Assembly (NCBI GenBank): GCA_051890455.1 | Contig: JBJFEE010000024.1 | Coordinates: forward strand, 6,341-70,340 | Reading direction: 5' to 3' | Origin: Muribaculaceae bacterium | GTDB taxonomy: Bacteria > Bacteroidota > Bacteroidia > Bacteroidales > Muribaculaceae | DNA length: 64,000 nt | Shown here: in pieces, positions 38,806 through 49,928 of the stretch | How positions within the stretch are numbered: the stretch's first letter is position 1 | Layout of the letters: every line of letters begins with the position of its first letter | Position numbers and translations under genes: made by a program | Notes under the pieces: generated by a model | What the model was told of the DNA's origin: nothing | The model's database searches: none | The model's input: the letters and a program-made list of their open reading frames with translations, nothing else

Positions 38806-39567
38806 ATGAGAAAGAACATTGTTGCAGGAAACTGGAAAATGAACACCACCGTTCCTGAGGGCGTGAAACTCGCCGAAGAAGTCAACGAGGCACTCAAGGG
38901 CATTCAGCCCAAGTGCGATGTCGTAATCTGCGTACCCTTCACCCACCTGGTATCGGTCAACAACGTCATCACCGAAAAGGGCAAACTCGGCCTCGGCGCC
39001 GAAAACTGCGCCGACCACAAGAGCGGTGCCTATACCGGCGAAGTCAGCGCACCCATGGTAGCCAGCACCGGTGCCGGTTACGTTATCCTCGGTCACTCGG
39101 AGCGTCGCCAGTACTATGGCGAGACCGCCGAGACCCTCCGCGCCAAAGTTGCCCTGGCTCTCGAGAACGGCCTGACACCTATCTTCTGCATCGGTGAGGT
39201 TCTTGCCGAGCGCGAAGCTGACAAGCACTTCGAAGTCGTCAAGGCTCAGATTGTCGACGGCCTCTTCAACCTCAGCGCCGAGGACTTCGGCAAGATTATC
39301 CTCGCCTACGAGCCCGTATGGGCAATCGGCACCGGTAAGACCGCTACCGACGACCAGGCTCAGGAGATGCACGCCTTCATCCGTCAGACCATCGCCGAGA
39401 AATACGGCAAGGAAGTGGCCGACAACACCAGCATCCTCTACGGCGGCAGCTGCAAGCCCACCAACGCCCGTCAGATTTTCGCCAAACCCGACGTTGACGG
39501 CGGCCTCATCGGCGGCGCTTCGCTGAAGTGCGCCGACTTCATGGGCATTGTTGAGGCCTTTGACTAA
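38806..39567 (+). CDS. tpiA: Triosephosphate isomerase
   Basis: [33 protein letters not shown]. Confidence 0.98.
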   Translation: MRKNIVAGNWKMNTTVPEGVKLAEEVNEALKGIQPKCDVVICVPFTHLVSVNNVITEKGKLGLGAENCADHKSGAYTGEVSAPMVASTGAGYVILGHSERRQYYGETAETLRAKVALALENGLTPIFCIGEVLAEREADKHFEVVKAQIVDGLFNLSAEDFGKIILAYEPVWAIGTGKTATDDQAQEMHAFIRQTIAEKYGKEVADNTSILYGGSCKPTNARQIFAKPDVDGGLIGGASLKCADFMGIVEAFD

Positions 39568-39611
39568 TTGCAACAAGGCTTCGGTTTAATGTCGCATAGC
39601 AAATGACACTC

Positions 39612-39658
39612 CGCTCAAGGCCGGCGAACTTAGCGCCGGCCCTGAGCGTTGCTTTCTT
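39612..39658 (+). terminator. Intrinsic terminator of tpiA
   Basis: CGCTCAAGGCCGGCG...CGCCGGCCCTGAGCG followed by TTGCTTTCTT. Confidence 0.7.
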
Positions 39659-39726
39659 GAAATCAGCAATTGACGACGGGTTGTTCCTGATTTCAATTTT
39701 GCATTTTACATTTTCAATATAAAATT

Positions 39727-40242
39727 ATGAAACCCTTTGCCCTGATACTGACCGCCCTGTGGATGTTTGCCATGTCGGTTGACGCGCAGGCACAGACCCC
39801 TGCCGAGCCTCAGACTGCCGACAGTGTTGACATCGTAAGCACGCTTACTGAAGGCGGAAAAATTGTTCTCGACCAGCCCGAGGGGCTTGAGCAGCGTCTT
39901 AAATATAAGGTGGGCGGCGAAGAGTCGGTGGCAAAGGCCGACGAGGACAAGTCTGCCGGAAAGGCTAAACAGCATGGCCGCTGGGGCTATCGCGTCGAGG
40001 TCTTCGCCGACAACAATGTGCGCACTGCCAAGGCACAGGCATCGTCGCGCAAGCGTATGTTGCAGGCGCGTCTGCCTCAGTACCGCTCGTATCTCGTGTT
40101 CGAGAGCCCGTTCTGGCGTGTCCGTCTGGGCGATTTCCCTACCCGTGCCGGCGCCGAGAGTGCGATGGCTGAGGTGCGCAGGCTGCTGCCGCAGACGGCT
40201 TCGAGTCTTCGCATAGTCCGCTCGGCAATCAATCCGCAATGA
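39727..40242 (+). CDS. SPOR domain-containing exported protein
   Basis: Signal peptide; GYRVEVF...PFWRVRLGDF. Confidence 0.85.
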   Translation: MKPFALILTALWMFAMSVDAQAQTPAEPQTADSVDIVSTLTEGGKIVLDQPEGLEQRLKYKVGGEESVAKADEDKSAGKAKQHGRWGYRVEVFADNNVRTAKAQASSRKRMLQARLPQYRSYLVFESPFWRVRLGDFPTRAGAESAMAEVRRLLPQTASSLRIVRSAINPQ

Positions 40243-40304
40243 TAGCCTGAGGCTTTCGTCCGATTTAGAAAAAACATTCACCAAAACGCATTATCATTTC
40301 AGCG

Positions 40305-40898
40305 ATGGAAGATTTTGAAGCTACGCCCGGCGACAGCGAGCGCATAGAGCAGATGGCGGCGCACATCCGTGCGCTCATCGAACTTATGGGCGACGACCCG
40401 ACACGCGAGGGTCTCGTCAAGACTCCTGTCCGCGCCGCCAAGGCTTTGCTGTACGCTACTCGCGGCTACAGGCAGAACGGCGGGGAGGTGATGCGTCAGG
40501 CCATCTTCGAATATGCCGGCTCACAGATGGTGGTGGTGAAGAATATTGAGTTTTATTCGATGTGCGAGCACCATATCCTGCCGTTCTTCGGCCGTGTCAG
40601 CATAGGCTATCTCCCCGACGGCAAGATGATAGGGCTGAGCAAACTCGCGCGTCTTGTCGACGTCTACGCACATCGCCTGCAGGTGCAGGAGCGCCTCACG
40701 GCGCAGGTCTGCGAGGATGTTATGAAAAGCCTGCACGCCTGCGGCGCCATCGTGCTTTGCAACGGCGAGCATCTGTGCATGAAAATGCGGGGGGTGGAAA
40801 AGCAGCATTCGTCCACAACCACCGTCCACTACGCTGGCGCCTTCGCCGACGAGCTACGGCTCAGAGAAGAGTTTTACCAGGCCTTGAAGGCAATGTAA
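40305..40898 (+). CDS. folE: GTP cyclohydrolase I
   Basis: REGLVKTP, SMCEHH, GLSKLAR, LQVQERLT, HLCMKMRG. Confidence 0.97.
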   Translation: MEDFEATPGDSERIEQMAAHIRALIELMGDDPTREGLVKTPVRAAKALLYATRGYRQNGGEVMRQAIFEYAGSQMVVVKNIEFYSMCEHHILPFFGRVSIGYLPDGKMIGLSKLARLVDVYAHRLQVQERLTAQVCEDVMKSLHACGAIVLCNGEHLCMKMRGVEKQHSSTTTVHYAGAFADELRLREEFYQALKAM

Positions 40899-40912
40899 GG
40901 CTCGGGAGGGAG

Positions 40913-41356
40913 CTATTCATCTGTATCATCATCGTCGTCCCAGTCGAGGAACCAGTCGTTTTCGAAGGCTTCCTCGGTGAACTGGCTTAGCTGGCGGCCC
41001 TCTTTTTTGGTGGGGCGACCGAGGCCTTTGCGGCGGTCAACGAAGCCGGAGATGCGCACGACGTCGAGGAGGTCGTACTGCGACTGAGGAGTGAGATTTT
41101 CGAGATATTCGGGTACGAGTTTGGCGCCTAATCGGTTGGGGGCCAGGGCGAGGACGCGGAAGGTGTATTGGATTGGCGGCTTGCGGACGTGGATGGTGTC
41201 ACCGACTTTTATCAGTCGCGAGGGCTTGACGACAACGCCGTCGCCGTTGTCGCCGACGCTTACGCGCCCTTTTTTGCAGGCATCGGTGGCCTGTGTGCGC
41301 GTCTTGAAGATGCGCGTGGCCCACAGCCATTTGTCAACTCTTTCGTCGTTGGGCAT
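40913..41356 (-). CDS. hslR: S4-domain RNA-binding heat shock protein Hsp15
   Basis: RVDKWLWATRIFKTR, GRPTKK. Confidence 0.88.
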   Translation of the reverse strand: MPNDERVDKWLWATRIFKTRTQATDACKKGRVSVGDNGDGVVVKPSRLIKVGDTIHVRKPPIQYTFRVLALAPNRLGAKLVPEYLENLTPQSQYDLLDVVRISGFVDRRKGLGRPTKKEGRQLSQFTEEAFENDWFLDWDDDDDTDE

Positions 41357-41367
41357 AGTCGTTGTCG

Positions 41368-41937
41368 TTATTTATTGTTGTAGTTGCACATTGCGTGGCC
41401 GATACCTGCGAGGACAAAGTCTTTGGCGGCTTCGACGGCGGTGTCGATGCGCACGGGCAGTTCGGCTTCCTGTTCGGGCGAGAACCGGCCGAGGACGAAG
41501 TCTATCTGGGCGCCGCGGGCAAAGTCGTTGCCGATGCCGAAGCGCAGACGCGGATAGGCCTGGGTGCCCAGCATCTGGGCGATGTTCTTGAGGCCGTTGT
41601 GACCGGCGTCGCTGCCCGAGCCCTTGATGCGGATGGCGCCGAGGGGCAGGGCGAGGTCGTCGACGAGGATGAGGATGTCGGAGGGCTCGATGTCTTCCTT
41701 GTCCTTCCAGTAGCGGACGGCGTTGCCGCTGAGGTTCATGTATGTCGAGGGCTTGAGCAGAGTCACCAGCTTGTTCTTGAGCCGGAAGTGCGCCACATCG
41801 CCGTAGCGCTCGGTGGTCCAGGAGGCACCGGCCGACTCGGCCAGGGCGTCGACGATGCGGAAGCCGATGTTGTGCCTTGTCCCGGCATATTCCGACCCGA
41901 TGTTGCCAAGACCGACAATAAGATATTTGTTGCTCAT
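41368..41937 (-). CDS. pth: Peptidyl-tRNA hydrolase
   Basis: [30 protein letters not shown]; start MSNKYL at 41937. Confidence 0.96.
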   Translation of the reverse strand: MSNKYLIVGLGNIGSEYAGTRHNIGFRIVDALAESAGASWTTERYGDVAHFRLKNKLVTLLKPSTYMNLSGNAVRYWKDKEDIEPSDILILVDDLALPLGAIRIKGSGSDAGHNGLKNIAQMLGTQAYPRLRFGIGNDFARGAQIDFVLGRFSPEQEAELPVRIDTAVEAAKDFVLAGIGHAMCNYNNK

Positions 41938-41962
41938 AAGGCTGATTTGTTTACGGATGTGA

Positions 41963-41986
41963 GGACGCTTTAAGAAACGCCCTGCA
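41963..41986. repeat. Degenerate single REP, family A
   Basis: GGACGCTTTAAGAAACGCCCTGCA, a decayed right arm of family A. Confidence 0.55.
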
Positions 41987-42109
41987 GCGGGAAAATCCCG
42001 ATTTTGCATCGTTGCTTTAAAGTTTAACCGCGACCCCGCCTGACATGTTCAGAAACGGAAGTCGCGGTTAGGCGTTTACGCCCCGGACTTACGGGGCAGG
42101 GCGGTTGTC

Positions 42110-42757
42110 TTATTCGGCAGCAGCCTGTGCGCCACGGGCGGCACGGGTCAGCTGAACGGCGCAGACAACGGCGTTCTTGGCGTTGACGAGCTCGAGACCC
42201 TCGAAGTGGAGGTCGCCTACCTGGAGGCTCTGGCCGAGACCGAGGTTGTCGACGTTGATTTCGAGGCACTCGGGAACGTTGGTGTAGATGGCCTTTACTT
42301 TGAGGCGGCGCATCGACAGACCCAGCTTACCGCCTGCCTTTACGCCCTCGGCGTGGCCGACGAGCTTGACGGGAACTTCGATGACAACGGGCTTCTTGTC
42401 GTTGACCTCGAGGAAGTCGATGTGGAGGACGGTGTCCTTGACGGGGTGAAACTGGATGTCCTTGAGGACGGCCATCTTGTTCTTGCCGTTGAGTTCGATG
42501 TCGACAGCGAAGATTTCGGGGCTGTATATGAGTTTGCGGACGGCGTCGCTGGTTACGACGATGTCGGTGGTGATGAGGCCCTTGCCGTTTTCGATTTCAA
42601 CGACTTTCTGGCCCTCTTCGAGCTTGCCGTTGTAGGGGAGGTCAACGAGTTCGCCACCGTTGATGACTGCGGGAATCTGATTGTTGGCGCGGAGAGCCTT
42701 AGTGGCTTTCTTGCCGAGGCCGACGCGGGGAGCGGCGGCGAGTTTGAAAGTTTTCAT
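42110..42757 (-). CDS. rplY: 50S ribosomal protein L25/general stress protein Ctc
   Basis: GKKATKALR, IQFHPV, HIDF, GVKAGG. Confidence 0.94.
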   Translation of the reverse strand: MKTFKLAAAPRVGLGKKATKALRANNQIPAVINGGELVDLPYNGKLEEGQKVVEIENGKGLITTDIVVTSDAVRKLIYSPEIFAVDIELNGKNKMAVLKDIQFHPVKDTVLHIDFLEVNDKKPVVIEVPVKLVGHAEGVKAGGKLGLSMRRLKVKAIYTNVPECLEINVDNLGLGQSLQVGDLHFEGLELVNAKNAVVCAVQLTRAARGAQAAAE

Positions 42758-42870
42758 TGTGAAAAACGAGAGTTAAATGATTGTGTTACTAAAAATTAAG
42801 TTGTATGGTGCTTAATTTCCCATCACACTTGGGAGCGAACCCGTCGCTCCCTGCGATGCAAAATGCGCCG

Positions 42871-42878
42871 CAAAGGTA
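42871..42878 (-). promoter_or_regulatory. -7 promoter element of rplY
   Basis: TACCTTTG on the - strand. Confidence 0.6.
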
Positions 42879-42964
42879 GTGAAAATTTGCCAAACGGCCA
42901 AAAGCCCCGGCCCCTAAAATTTGGCGGGTGAGGGGTTTATCGGGCTTTTAGGGACAACTCGCGA

Positions 42965-45871
42965 TTAGTCCTTATGTTTGAGTTCTTCGGCGAGGTATGG
43001 AGCGGTGGGTGACTCGGTGACGGCGACCTCCTCCGGAGTACCGGTGGCGATAATCCGGCCGCCGTTGCGGCCTCCGCCGGGGCCCATGTCGATGATGTGG
43101 TCGGCGCATTTGAGGACGTCGAGGTTGTGTTCGATGACGAGGACTGTGTTGCCGCGGTCGACGAGGCGGTTGAGCAGGGCCATGAGCGTGTTGATGTCCT
43201 CGAAGTGCAGTCCGGTGGTAGGCTCGTCGAGGACGAAGAGGGTCTTGCCGGTGTCCTTCTTGGCCAGCTCTGCGGCCAGTTTCACGCGCTGGTTCTCGCC
43301 GCCGGAGAGGGTGGACGAGGGCTGTCCGAGCTTGATGTAGCCGAGCCCGATTTCCTCCAGAACCTTTATCTTTTTGACAATCGTGGGTACCGAGGCGAAA
43401 AATTCGCATGCCTGCGAGATTGTCATGTCGAGGACGTCGGCGATGGACTTGCCCTTGAAGCGCACCTCAAGTGTCTCGCGGTTGTAGCGTTTGCCGTGGC
43501 AGGCCTCGCAGGGCACAAGCACGTCGGGGAGGAAATTCATCTCGATGGTGCGGTAGCCGTTGCCTCCGCAGACCTCGCAGCGTCCGCCGGAGACGTTGAA
43601 CGAGAAGCGCCCGGGTTTGTAGCCGCGAATTTTTGCCTCCGGCAGATTGACGAAGAGGCTGCGGATGTCCGAGAACACGCCGGTATAGGTGGCGGGGTTG
43701 GAGCGCGGCGAGCGGCCCAGCGGCGACTGGTCGACGGTGATAATCTTGTCGATGTTGTCGTCACCCTTGATTTCGCGATAGGGGAGCGGCTGCTGGAGCG
43801 AGCGGTAGAATTTCTGCGACAGCAAAGGCTGGAGAGTGCCGTTTACCAGCGATGATTTGCCCGAGCCGGAAACGCCCGCCACGCACGTCAGCGTTCCTAA
43901 CGGCAGCACGAGGTCGACGTCCTTGAGGTTATGACCCGTGCACCCGCGCAGGGCGATGGTTTTGCCGTTGCCTTTGCGGCGTTTTTCGGGCACGGCAACG
44001 GTTTTCTCGCCATTGAGGTACTGTGCCGTGAGCGTATCCGTTTTAAGCATCTCGGCCGGTGTGCCCTCGAAAACAACCTTGCCGCCGCGGTGTCCGGCCT
44101 TGGGACCTATGTCAACAATGTAGTCGGCATCGAGCATGATGTCCTTGTCGTGCTCGACCACGATGACCGAGTTTCCGGCGTCGCGCAGCTTTTTGAGCGA
44201 ACTGATGAGGCGGTGGTTGTCGCGCTGGTGCAGGCCTATCGACGGCTCGTCGAGGATGTACAGCACGTTAACCAGCTCGGAGCCCATCTGCGTGGCCAGG
44301 CGTATGCGCTGGCTCTCACCGCCGGAGAGGGTGGCCGAGGCGCGGTTGAGCTGCAGGTAGTCCAGGCCGACGTCGACGAGGAAGTGCAGACGTCCGCGCA
44401 CCTCTTTCATGATTTCCGCGCCGACGGTTTTCTGCGTGGCCGACAGCGGGTCAAGGGCGTGGCCGGTCCAGTTGTACAGGTCGGCGATATCCATACGGCA
44501 GAGGTCGGCGATGTTCTTGTCGCCGATGAAGAAGTGCAGTGCCTCGCGGTTGAGCCTGTCGCCGTGACATTCGGGACATACGGCGCGTGAGAAGAAGCGT
44601 GTGCTCCAGCGCTTCGAGGTTGTGCCGGCTTCTTCCTCCTGCGACATCTCGATGTATTTGATGACGCCCTCGTACGTCGAGAAATAGTTGGACAGCGACA
44701 TCGTCTCGTTGTGGATGGTGAGGTGGTCGGGAACGCCATTGAGGATGGCGTTCAGACATTCCTCCGGCATCTCGCAGACGGGGGTGTCGAGCGAGCAGCC
44801 GTAGCGCTCACATAGCGCCCCGATCTGCCAGAAAATCATCTGGTTCTTGTATTTGCCGAGGGCTTCGATTGCACCGGCGCGGATGGACAGCGAGGTATTC
44901 GGTATCACCTTCTCCAGGTCCACCTGGTTGATATAGCCCAGGCCGTTGCAGACCGGGCAGGCTCCCTGCGGCGAGTTGAACGAGAAGTTGTGCGGTGCAG
45001 GCTCGCGGTACGAGATGCCGCTGACGGGGTCCATCAGCATCTGCGAGAAGTGCGAGATTTTTTCGTCGTCGACATCGTAAATCATCATCTGACGGTCGCC
45101 CTGCTTGAGGGCCGTCTCGATGGTGGTGCGCAGCCGTTCCTCGTCATCGGCGCTGACCTTCAGGCGATCGATGACCAGCTCGATCGAGTGGTTTTTGTAT
45201 CGGTCAAGTTTCATGCCCTGCGCAATCTCGCGCAGCTCGCCGTCGACGCGCACATGCAGGTATCCCTTTTTGAGCAACTGCTCGAACAGGTCCTTGTAGT
45301 GGCCCTTGCGGTTGCGCACGAGTGGGGCGAGGATGTAAATCTTGCGGCCGTTGAAGCGCGACAGCACCAGTTCGACGATTTTCTCACGGTTGTATTTTAT
45401 CATCGGCTCGCCGGTGACGTAGCTGCGGGCCTCGCCGATGCGGGCATAGAGCAGGCGAAGGAAGTCGTAAATCTCGGTTGTGGTGCCGATGGTCGAGCGC
45501 GGGTTGCGGTTGATTGTCTTCTGCTCGATGGCGATGACGGGGCTGAGGCCGCTGATTTTGTCGACGTCGGGACGCTCCATGCTGCCCAGCAGGTTGCGGG
45601 CGTAGGCCGAGAACATCTCGATATAGCGGCGCTGGCCCTCGGCGAAGATAGTGTCGAAGGCGAGCGACGACTTTCCCGAGCCGCTGAGACCGGTGATAAC
45701 CACCAGTTTGTTGCGTGGAATGGTGACGTCGATGTTCTGCAGGTTATTGACGCGGGCGCCTATGACCTCGAGGGTGCCGGTGCCGTCATCGGCGAACTCG
45801 CTGACGGTGACGCTGTCACCGTCCGTAGTGATTTCTATGTTGTTATCCTTTTTCTTTTCTTTGTCGTTCAT
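42965..45871 (-). CDS. uvrA: Excinuclease ABC subunit A
   Basis: GLSGSGKSS and GVSGSGKSS Walker A motifs, LSGGE signatures, zinc fingers; ATGA overlap with the upstream gene. Confidence 0.97.
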   Translation of the reverse strand: MNDKEKKKDNNIEITTDGDSVTVSEFADDGTGTLEVIGARVNNLQNIDVTIPRNKLVVITGLSGSGKSSLAFDTIFAEGQRRYIEMFSAYARNLLGSMERPDVDKISGLSPVIAIEQKTINRNPRSTIGTTTEIYDFLRLLYARIGEARSYVTGEPMIKYNREKIVELVLSRFNGRKIYILAPLVRNRKGHYKDLFEQLLKKGYLHVRVDGELREIAQGMKLDRYKNHSIELVIDRLKVSADDEERLRTTIETALKQGDRQMMIYDVDDEKISHFSQMLMDPVSGISYREPAPHNFSFNSPQGACPVCNGLGYINQVDLEKVIPNTSLSIRAGAIEALGKYKNQMIFWQIGALCERYGCSLDTPVCEMPEECLNAILNGVPDHLTIHNETMSLSNYFSTYEGVIKYIEMSQEEEAGTTSKRWSTRFFSRAVCPECHGDRLNREALHFFIGDKNIADLCRMDIADLYNWTGHALDPLSATQKTVGAEIMKEVRGRLHFLVDVGLDYLQLNRASATLSGGESQRIRLATQMGSELVNVLYILDEPSIGLHQRDNHRLISSLKKLRDAGNSVIVVEHDKDIMLDADYIVDIGPKAGHRGGKVVFEGTPAEMLKTDTLTAQYLNGEKTVAVPEKRRKGNGKTIALRGCTGHNLKDVDLVLPLGTLTCVAGVSGSGKSSLVNGTLQPLLSQKFYRSLQQPLPYREIKGDDNIDKIITVDQSPLGRSPRSNPATYTGVFSDIRSLFVNLPEAKIRGYKPGRFSFNVSGGRCEVCGGNGYRTIEMNFLPDVLVPCEACHGKRYNRETLEVRFKGKSIADVLDMTISQACEFFASVPTIVKKIKVLEEIGLGYIKLGQPSSTLSGGENQRVKLAAELAKKDTGKTLFVLDEPTTGLHFEDINTLMALLNRLVDRGNTVLVIEHNLDVLKCADHIIDMGPGGGRNGGRIIATGTPEEVAVTESPTAPYLAEELKHKD

Positions 45872-46833
45872 TGAAGTACCCACTTGTGGTTATAGATGCG
45901 TTTCTTCTGGGTGGAACGCCGGAGAGATTTTTCCTTGGGGACGCGTACGGTGTATTCCTTGCCCTTGGCATTGGTGAGTTGTTTTGCCCTTATCCACGGA
46001 TTTTCCTCGCGCAGCTGCTGAAAAGTTATGCCATGCTCCTTGGCCCACTGCGGCCATGACTCGACGGGGCCGTTGACAATGACCTCGGTGCATTCGGCAG
46101 GCTGATAGAGCGCTTCGGGAGAGATTTCGTAGCCGAACTGGCGCGGATTTTCCATTATCGCCTTCATCGCCATAACGCGGAAGACATAGCGCGAGGTCTC
46201 CTCGTTGAGGTACAGGTCGAATGAGTTGCCGACGAGCTGCTTGTCCAGTTCGGACGAGATGCGTCCCTGTCCGGCGTTGTACGATGCCATTGCCGTGGGC
46301 CAGTCGCCGTATTTTTCGTAGACGCTCTTGAGGAAACGCGCTGCCGCGGCGGTGCTTTTGGCGAGGTCGTAGCGCTCGTCCACCTCGTCAGAGACCTCAA
46401 GACCGTAGTATTTGGCGGTGCTGGGGATGAACTGCCATATTCCGGCGGCCTTGGCGGGTGAATAGGCGCGGGGACTGAGCCAGCTCTCTATGCACGCCAG
46501 ATAGACCAGGTCCTCGGGGACGCCGTTGGCTTTGAGGATGGGGATGATGGTGGGGAAATATTTGTTGGCGCGCTTGATGGTGAGCAGCGTGTTGCCGTGG
46601 GTGTATGCCATCGATGTCAGTTCGCGGTCGAAACGCTCGAACATGTCCTCGCGGTCGAGGTCGACACGTTTGCCGCAGAACTCCATGCTCTGGGGGATGC
46701 GCGGATTGTATACCGGGCTGAACGAGAAAGCCTTCTGCTGGTGGTGAGTACGGCCCTGGACGGAGAACGCCGCGGGCATAAGTGCTATGGCGGCAGTGAC
46801 GATTACTGCCCGTGTTAAGTTTTTGCTTGTCAT
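45868..46833 (-). CDS. Lytic transglycosylase (SLT/MltD-like)
   Basis: ACIES catalytic Glu, AAGIWQF, ASYNAG, ETSRYV. Confidence 0.9.
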   Translation of the reverse strand: MTSKNLTRAVIVTAAIALMPAAFSVQGRTHHQQKAFSFSPVYNPRIPQSMEFCGKRVDLDREDMFERFDRELTSMAYTHGNTLLTIKRANKYFPTIIPILKANGVPEDLVYLACIESWLSPRAYSPAKAAGIWQFIPSTAKYYGLEVSDEVDERYDLAKSTAAAARFLKSVYEKYGDWPTAMASYNAGQGRISSELDKQLVGNSFDLYLNEETSRYVFRVMAMKAIMENPRQFGYEISPEALYQPAECTEVIVNGPVESWPQWAKEHGITFQQLREENPWIRAKQLTNAKGKEYTVRVPKEKSLRRSTQKKRIYNHKWVLQ

Positions 46834-46896
46834 TATGGAGAGTATGTTGTTTTAATCAGTACGCATTCGAAGAGTTGACTGTTTCAAAATGTCCGA

Positions 46897-46924
46897 TGTA
46901 GGGATGCTCCCTGGAGCATCCCTA
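46897..46924. repeat. Single REP, family C
   Basis: TGTAGGGATGCTCCCTGGAGCATCCCTA. Confidence 0.8.
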
Positions 46925-46955
46925 AAAACGGGCATTGGAAAACAGCCGGTTAGCG

Positions 46956-47084
46956 GCGGTGTGTCAAAATAGACAGAATGTAGGGACATGCCTTTGGCAT
47001 GTTGAACCAACCAATTGGTTTTCAGGCTTAACATCGCAAAGCGATGTCCCTACATTATTAAAATTTCACATTTTGACACAACCC
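46956..47084. mobile_element. Second copy of the GGTGTGTCAAAAT-ended MITE containing REPIN family B copy 3 (46979-47054)
   Basis: Colinear with 7042-7170 over its whole length; GGTGTGTCAAAAT...ATTTTGACACAACC. Confidence 0.72.
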
Positions 47085-47177
47085 CCTACTACGGATTGTT
47101 GTTATAGCTATTCCGAAACAGCCTCGCGATATCGGGATAAACAAAGTGGGGCGCGAAATGGTTGCCGTGCACAGGCG

Positions 47178-48533
47178 TTATTCGGCGGGCGTTTCGCCGC
47201 CTCCGCCTTCACCGCCGGTGGTGCCTGTCGAGCGGCCTTTCTGCAGGATGTTGATGTCGCCGCTGAGCTTGTAGTCCTTGCCGTCGGCGCCTTTGGCCTT
47301 GATGACGTAGAAATATACGCCCGTCGGGACAGTCTTGCCTTTGTATTTGCCGTCCCAGCCGTCAGCAGGATTGGTGAACGAGCACATCTTCTGTCCCCAG
47401 CGGTTGAAGATATGACATTCAAACGACACTATCGACTGGTAGGACACCTTCCACTCGTCGTTGCGGCCGTCGCCGTTGGGCGAGAAGGCGTTGGGACACT
47501 GGATGTCGGAGGCGCCGATGCTGACGGTGTATGTCTCGCTCTCGTAGAAGCACTTGCCGCCTGCGTCGCTGCACTGGTAGCGGACGTAGATGGTGCCTTC
47601 TTCCTCAAAGGTATAGGTGAGCTCGTCCTGGCTGAAGCGGCGGTCGACGTCCTCGAAGCCCTCGGTGCGGCTGAACTGCCACTCGCGGAAGACGACTGCG
47701 TCGGTGGGCTGTGCCGTAAAGGTTATCACTGCGGGAGCCGAGCCTCCGAGGCCGTCCGTACCGGGATTTTTCTCGTTGGAGTTGTCGCGCTCCTCCTGCT
47801 CGGCGGAGGTCTCGGCGCTGACGGCGATGGCGGTGTAGGACGGCGAGCTGACGGACAGCCCCATGCCCCAGGCCTCGAGGAAGCGGTCGCCGGTAACGGT
47901 GAAGTCGGTGTCGCAGACCGGGGCGATGACGCCGGTGACGTTGTGGAGGTAGGTCATGTTCTCGGTCTGGCGGATCTGCTGCCATGTCTGCTGGTCGCTG
48001 TTGTACTGCAAGGTGTTCCACTCAATCTTTATCTCGCGCGAAAGGTCGAAGCCGCGTCCGCTTATCGAGTAGTAGCGGATGGCGTCGCCGTGGCCGGAGA
48101 TGTTGAGGACGGTGCGGTCGCAGGCGCTTTCGGGGGAGATGTCTACGCCTGTGATGTCGAGCTGATGCCCTGAGTAGTCGGTGACCCAGAAATAGTGCTG
48201 GTTCGTTCCGTCGGAGATGACGTAACCCGTGTCGCCGCTGTCGGCGGTGATGGAGTAGGTGTTTCCGTTGCGGACGACGTTGCTGACCTCGGTCATCGGC
48301 GTGCCGGGAGCGCCGTAGCGGTTCCAGGTGACGGAGGATGATGAGGCGGTATAGCTGATATTGACGCCGGCAGTCCCGTTGAGAACGTAGATGGCCTCGA
48401 TGCCCGATGCCCGTTCGGCCTCGGCGGTGATGGCAGGCAGCGTGTTGCCCGAGAAGCTGAGCTGTGCCTGGGCGGACAGTGCGGCAACGGCGGCGAGTGC
48501 GGCGATGGTTATATGTTTCGTTATTGCATTCAT
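47178..48533 (-). CDS. Secreted protein with T9SS type B (gliding-motility-associated) C-terminal domain
   Basis: Signal peptide; PNAFSPNGDGRND, IFNRWG, WDG, GVYFY; start MNAITK at 48533. Confidence 0.9.
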   Translation of the reverse strand: MNAITKHITIAALAAVAALSAQAQLSFSGNTLPAITAEAERASGIEAIYVLNGTAGVNISYTASSSSVTWNRYGAPGTPMTEVSNVVRNGNTYSITADSGDTGYVISDGTNQHYFWVTDYSGHQLDITGVDISPESACDRTVLNISGHGDAIRYYSISGRGFDLSREIKIEWNTLQYNSDQQTWQQIRQTENMTYLHNVTGVIAPVCDTDFTVTGDRFLEAWGMGLSVSSPSYTAIAVSAETSAEQEERDNSNEKNPGTDGLGGSAPAVITFTAQPTDAVVFREWQFSRTEGFEDVDRRFSQDELTYTFEEEGTIYVRYQCSDAGGKCFYESETYTVSIGASDIQCPNAFSPNGDGRNDEWKVSYQSIVSFECHIFNRWGQKMCSFTNPADGWDGKYKGKTVPTGVYFYVIKAKGADGKDYKLSGDINILQKGRSTGTTGGEGGGGETPAE

Positions 48534-48711
48534 CTTACAAAGGTACGGATTTTCGGTCGTTCTGCCTCGGCATTTGAGGCCCGGAGGCAAACTTTCGCTA
48601 AATTATATAACGTGAAAATGGCCGAATTTAGTATATTTGCAGAATGTTAGGACAAGGGGCAGGGCAGTCGTCCGGCCCGACCCGATTTTTGTCTATTGAA
48701 AAATCCCGATT

Positions 48712-49869
48712 ATGCCCGTCATAGTACAGATAAATACGCAGGCTGACCCGCGAACTGCCGTGGGCGGTATCATGCACGCCATCAGCCGCGGAGTTTCCGC
48801 CGTGGACTTTGACAGCCGCATTGTTGCGGGCTATGGCTGGCGGGCATACAGCAATCTTGTCCTTGAGAGCAAGACGCGCTATGTGGCGTATGCGCTGCGG
48901 CACCGGAGGTATGGCGATGACGGTTTCATTACCGGCGAGCCCACCCGGCGCCTGCTCCGCTATCTCGACAGTATGCGCCCCGACATCGTGCATCTTCACA
49001 ATATGCACGGCTATTACCTGGATATGCCGGCGCTGACGGCGTGGCTGTCGCGCAACGGTACGCGCGTTGTTGCCACATTGCATGACCTCTGGTGGCTGAC
49101 GGGCCGTTGTGCCTCGCCGGGCGACTGCCCCGTAAATCCCGACGGGCGTTCGGGGTGCGAAAACTGCCGTTTCCCGAAATATTATCCCGGTGTGTCGCGC
49201 AGCCTCGCGCCACGCTATAAGGCCGAATTCCTTGCTCCGCTCAATGCCGGGCTTGTAGTACCGTCCGAGGCGATGGCTGAAATTGTGCGCAAGTCGGTGC
49301 TCTCGCATCTGCCCCTTACCGTCATCGGTAACGGCGTGGATAAGGATGTATTCAAGCCCGAGGGACCGGAAATAAAACTCCGCGGCGATGTAAAGCTCCT
49401 TGCCGTGTCGGCCAACTGGAATCCGCTCAAAAATCCCGCCGCTCTGCAGCGCCTGGCACAAGCAATGCCCGAGGGCTGGCATCTGACAATCGTGGGTGAG
49501 GGCAGCGGTGTCCGGGGTCGCAACGTCTCGCGCTGGCCGCAGGTGAAACGCCGCGACACCCTCGCCGCCCTTTACCGCAGCGCCGACGTTCTGCTGAGCC
49601 CGTCCCTTTCCGAGTCTTTCGGCATAACCGTCGCCGAGGCCAACGCCTGCGGTATCCCGGCCATCGTCAACAGCGAGGCCGTACCGGCTATCCGTGCTGT
49701 CTCCGGCAATGTCATCCGGGCGCCCTTCTCCGAGCCTGCTGCCGTCATTGATGGCATCCGGCAGACTCTGGCATCGGCCACAGCGGTGAGTCCCGCTCTC
49801 GTCCGTTCCTCAGCCGACATGTCCGCCGACTACCTCCGTCTTTACAGGCAAATCCTTTCTGCCGAATAA
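48712..49869 (+). CDS. Glycosyltransferase family 4
   Basis: HLHNMHG, TLHD, NGVD, ESFGITVAEA (EX7E). Confidence 0.88.
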   Translation: MPVIVQINTQADPRTAVGGIMHAISRGVSAVDFDSRIVAGYGWRAYSNLVLESKTRYVAYALRHRRYGDDGFITGEPTRRLLRYLDSMRPDIVHLHNMHGYYLDMPALTAWLSRNGTRVVATLHDLWWLTGRCASPGDCPVNPDGRSGCENCRFPKYYPGVSRSLAPRYKAEFLAPLNAGLVVPSEAMAEIVRKSVLSHLPLTVIGNGVDKDVFKPEGPEIKLRGDVKLLAVSANWNPLKNPAALQRLAQAMPEGWHLTIVGEGSGVRGRNVSRWPQVKRRDTLAALYRSADVLLSPSLSESFGITVAEANACGIPAIVNSEAVPAIRAVSGNVIRAPFSEPAAVIDGIRQTLASATAVSPALVRSSADMSADYLRLYRQILSAE

Positions 49870-49902
49870 AAAAAGAGGACGGGCCTTCGGTGAGGTCCGT
49901 CC
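49868..49902 (-). terminator. Terminator between convergent GT4 and NlpC genes
   Basis: GGACGGGCCT/AGGTCCGTCC stem with an A-run on + (U-tract on -). Confidence 0.7.
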
Positions 49903-49928
49903 CGCTTATGCTATGCTGACACTCGGAA

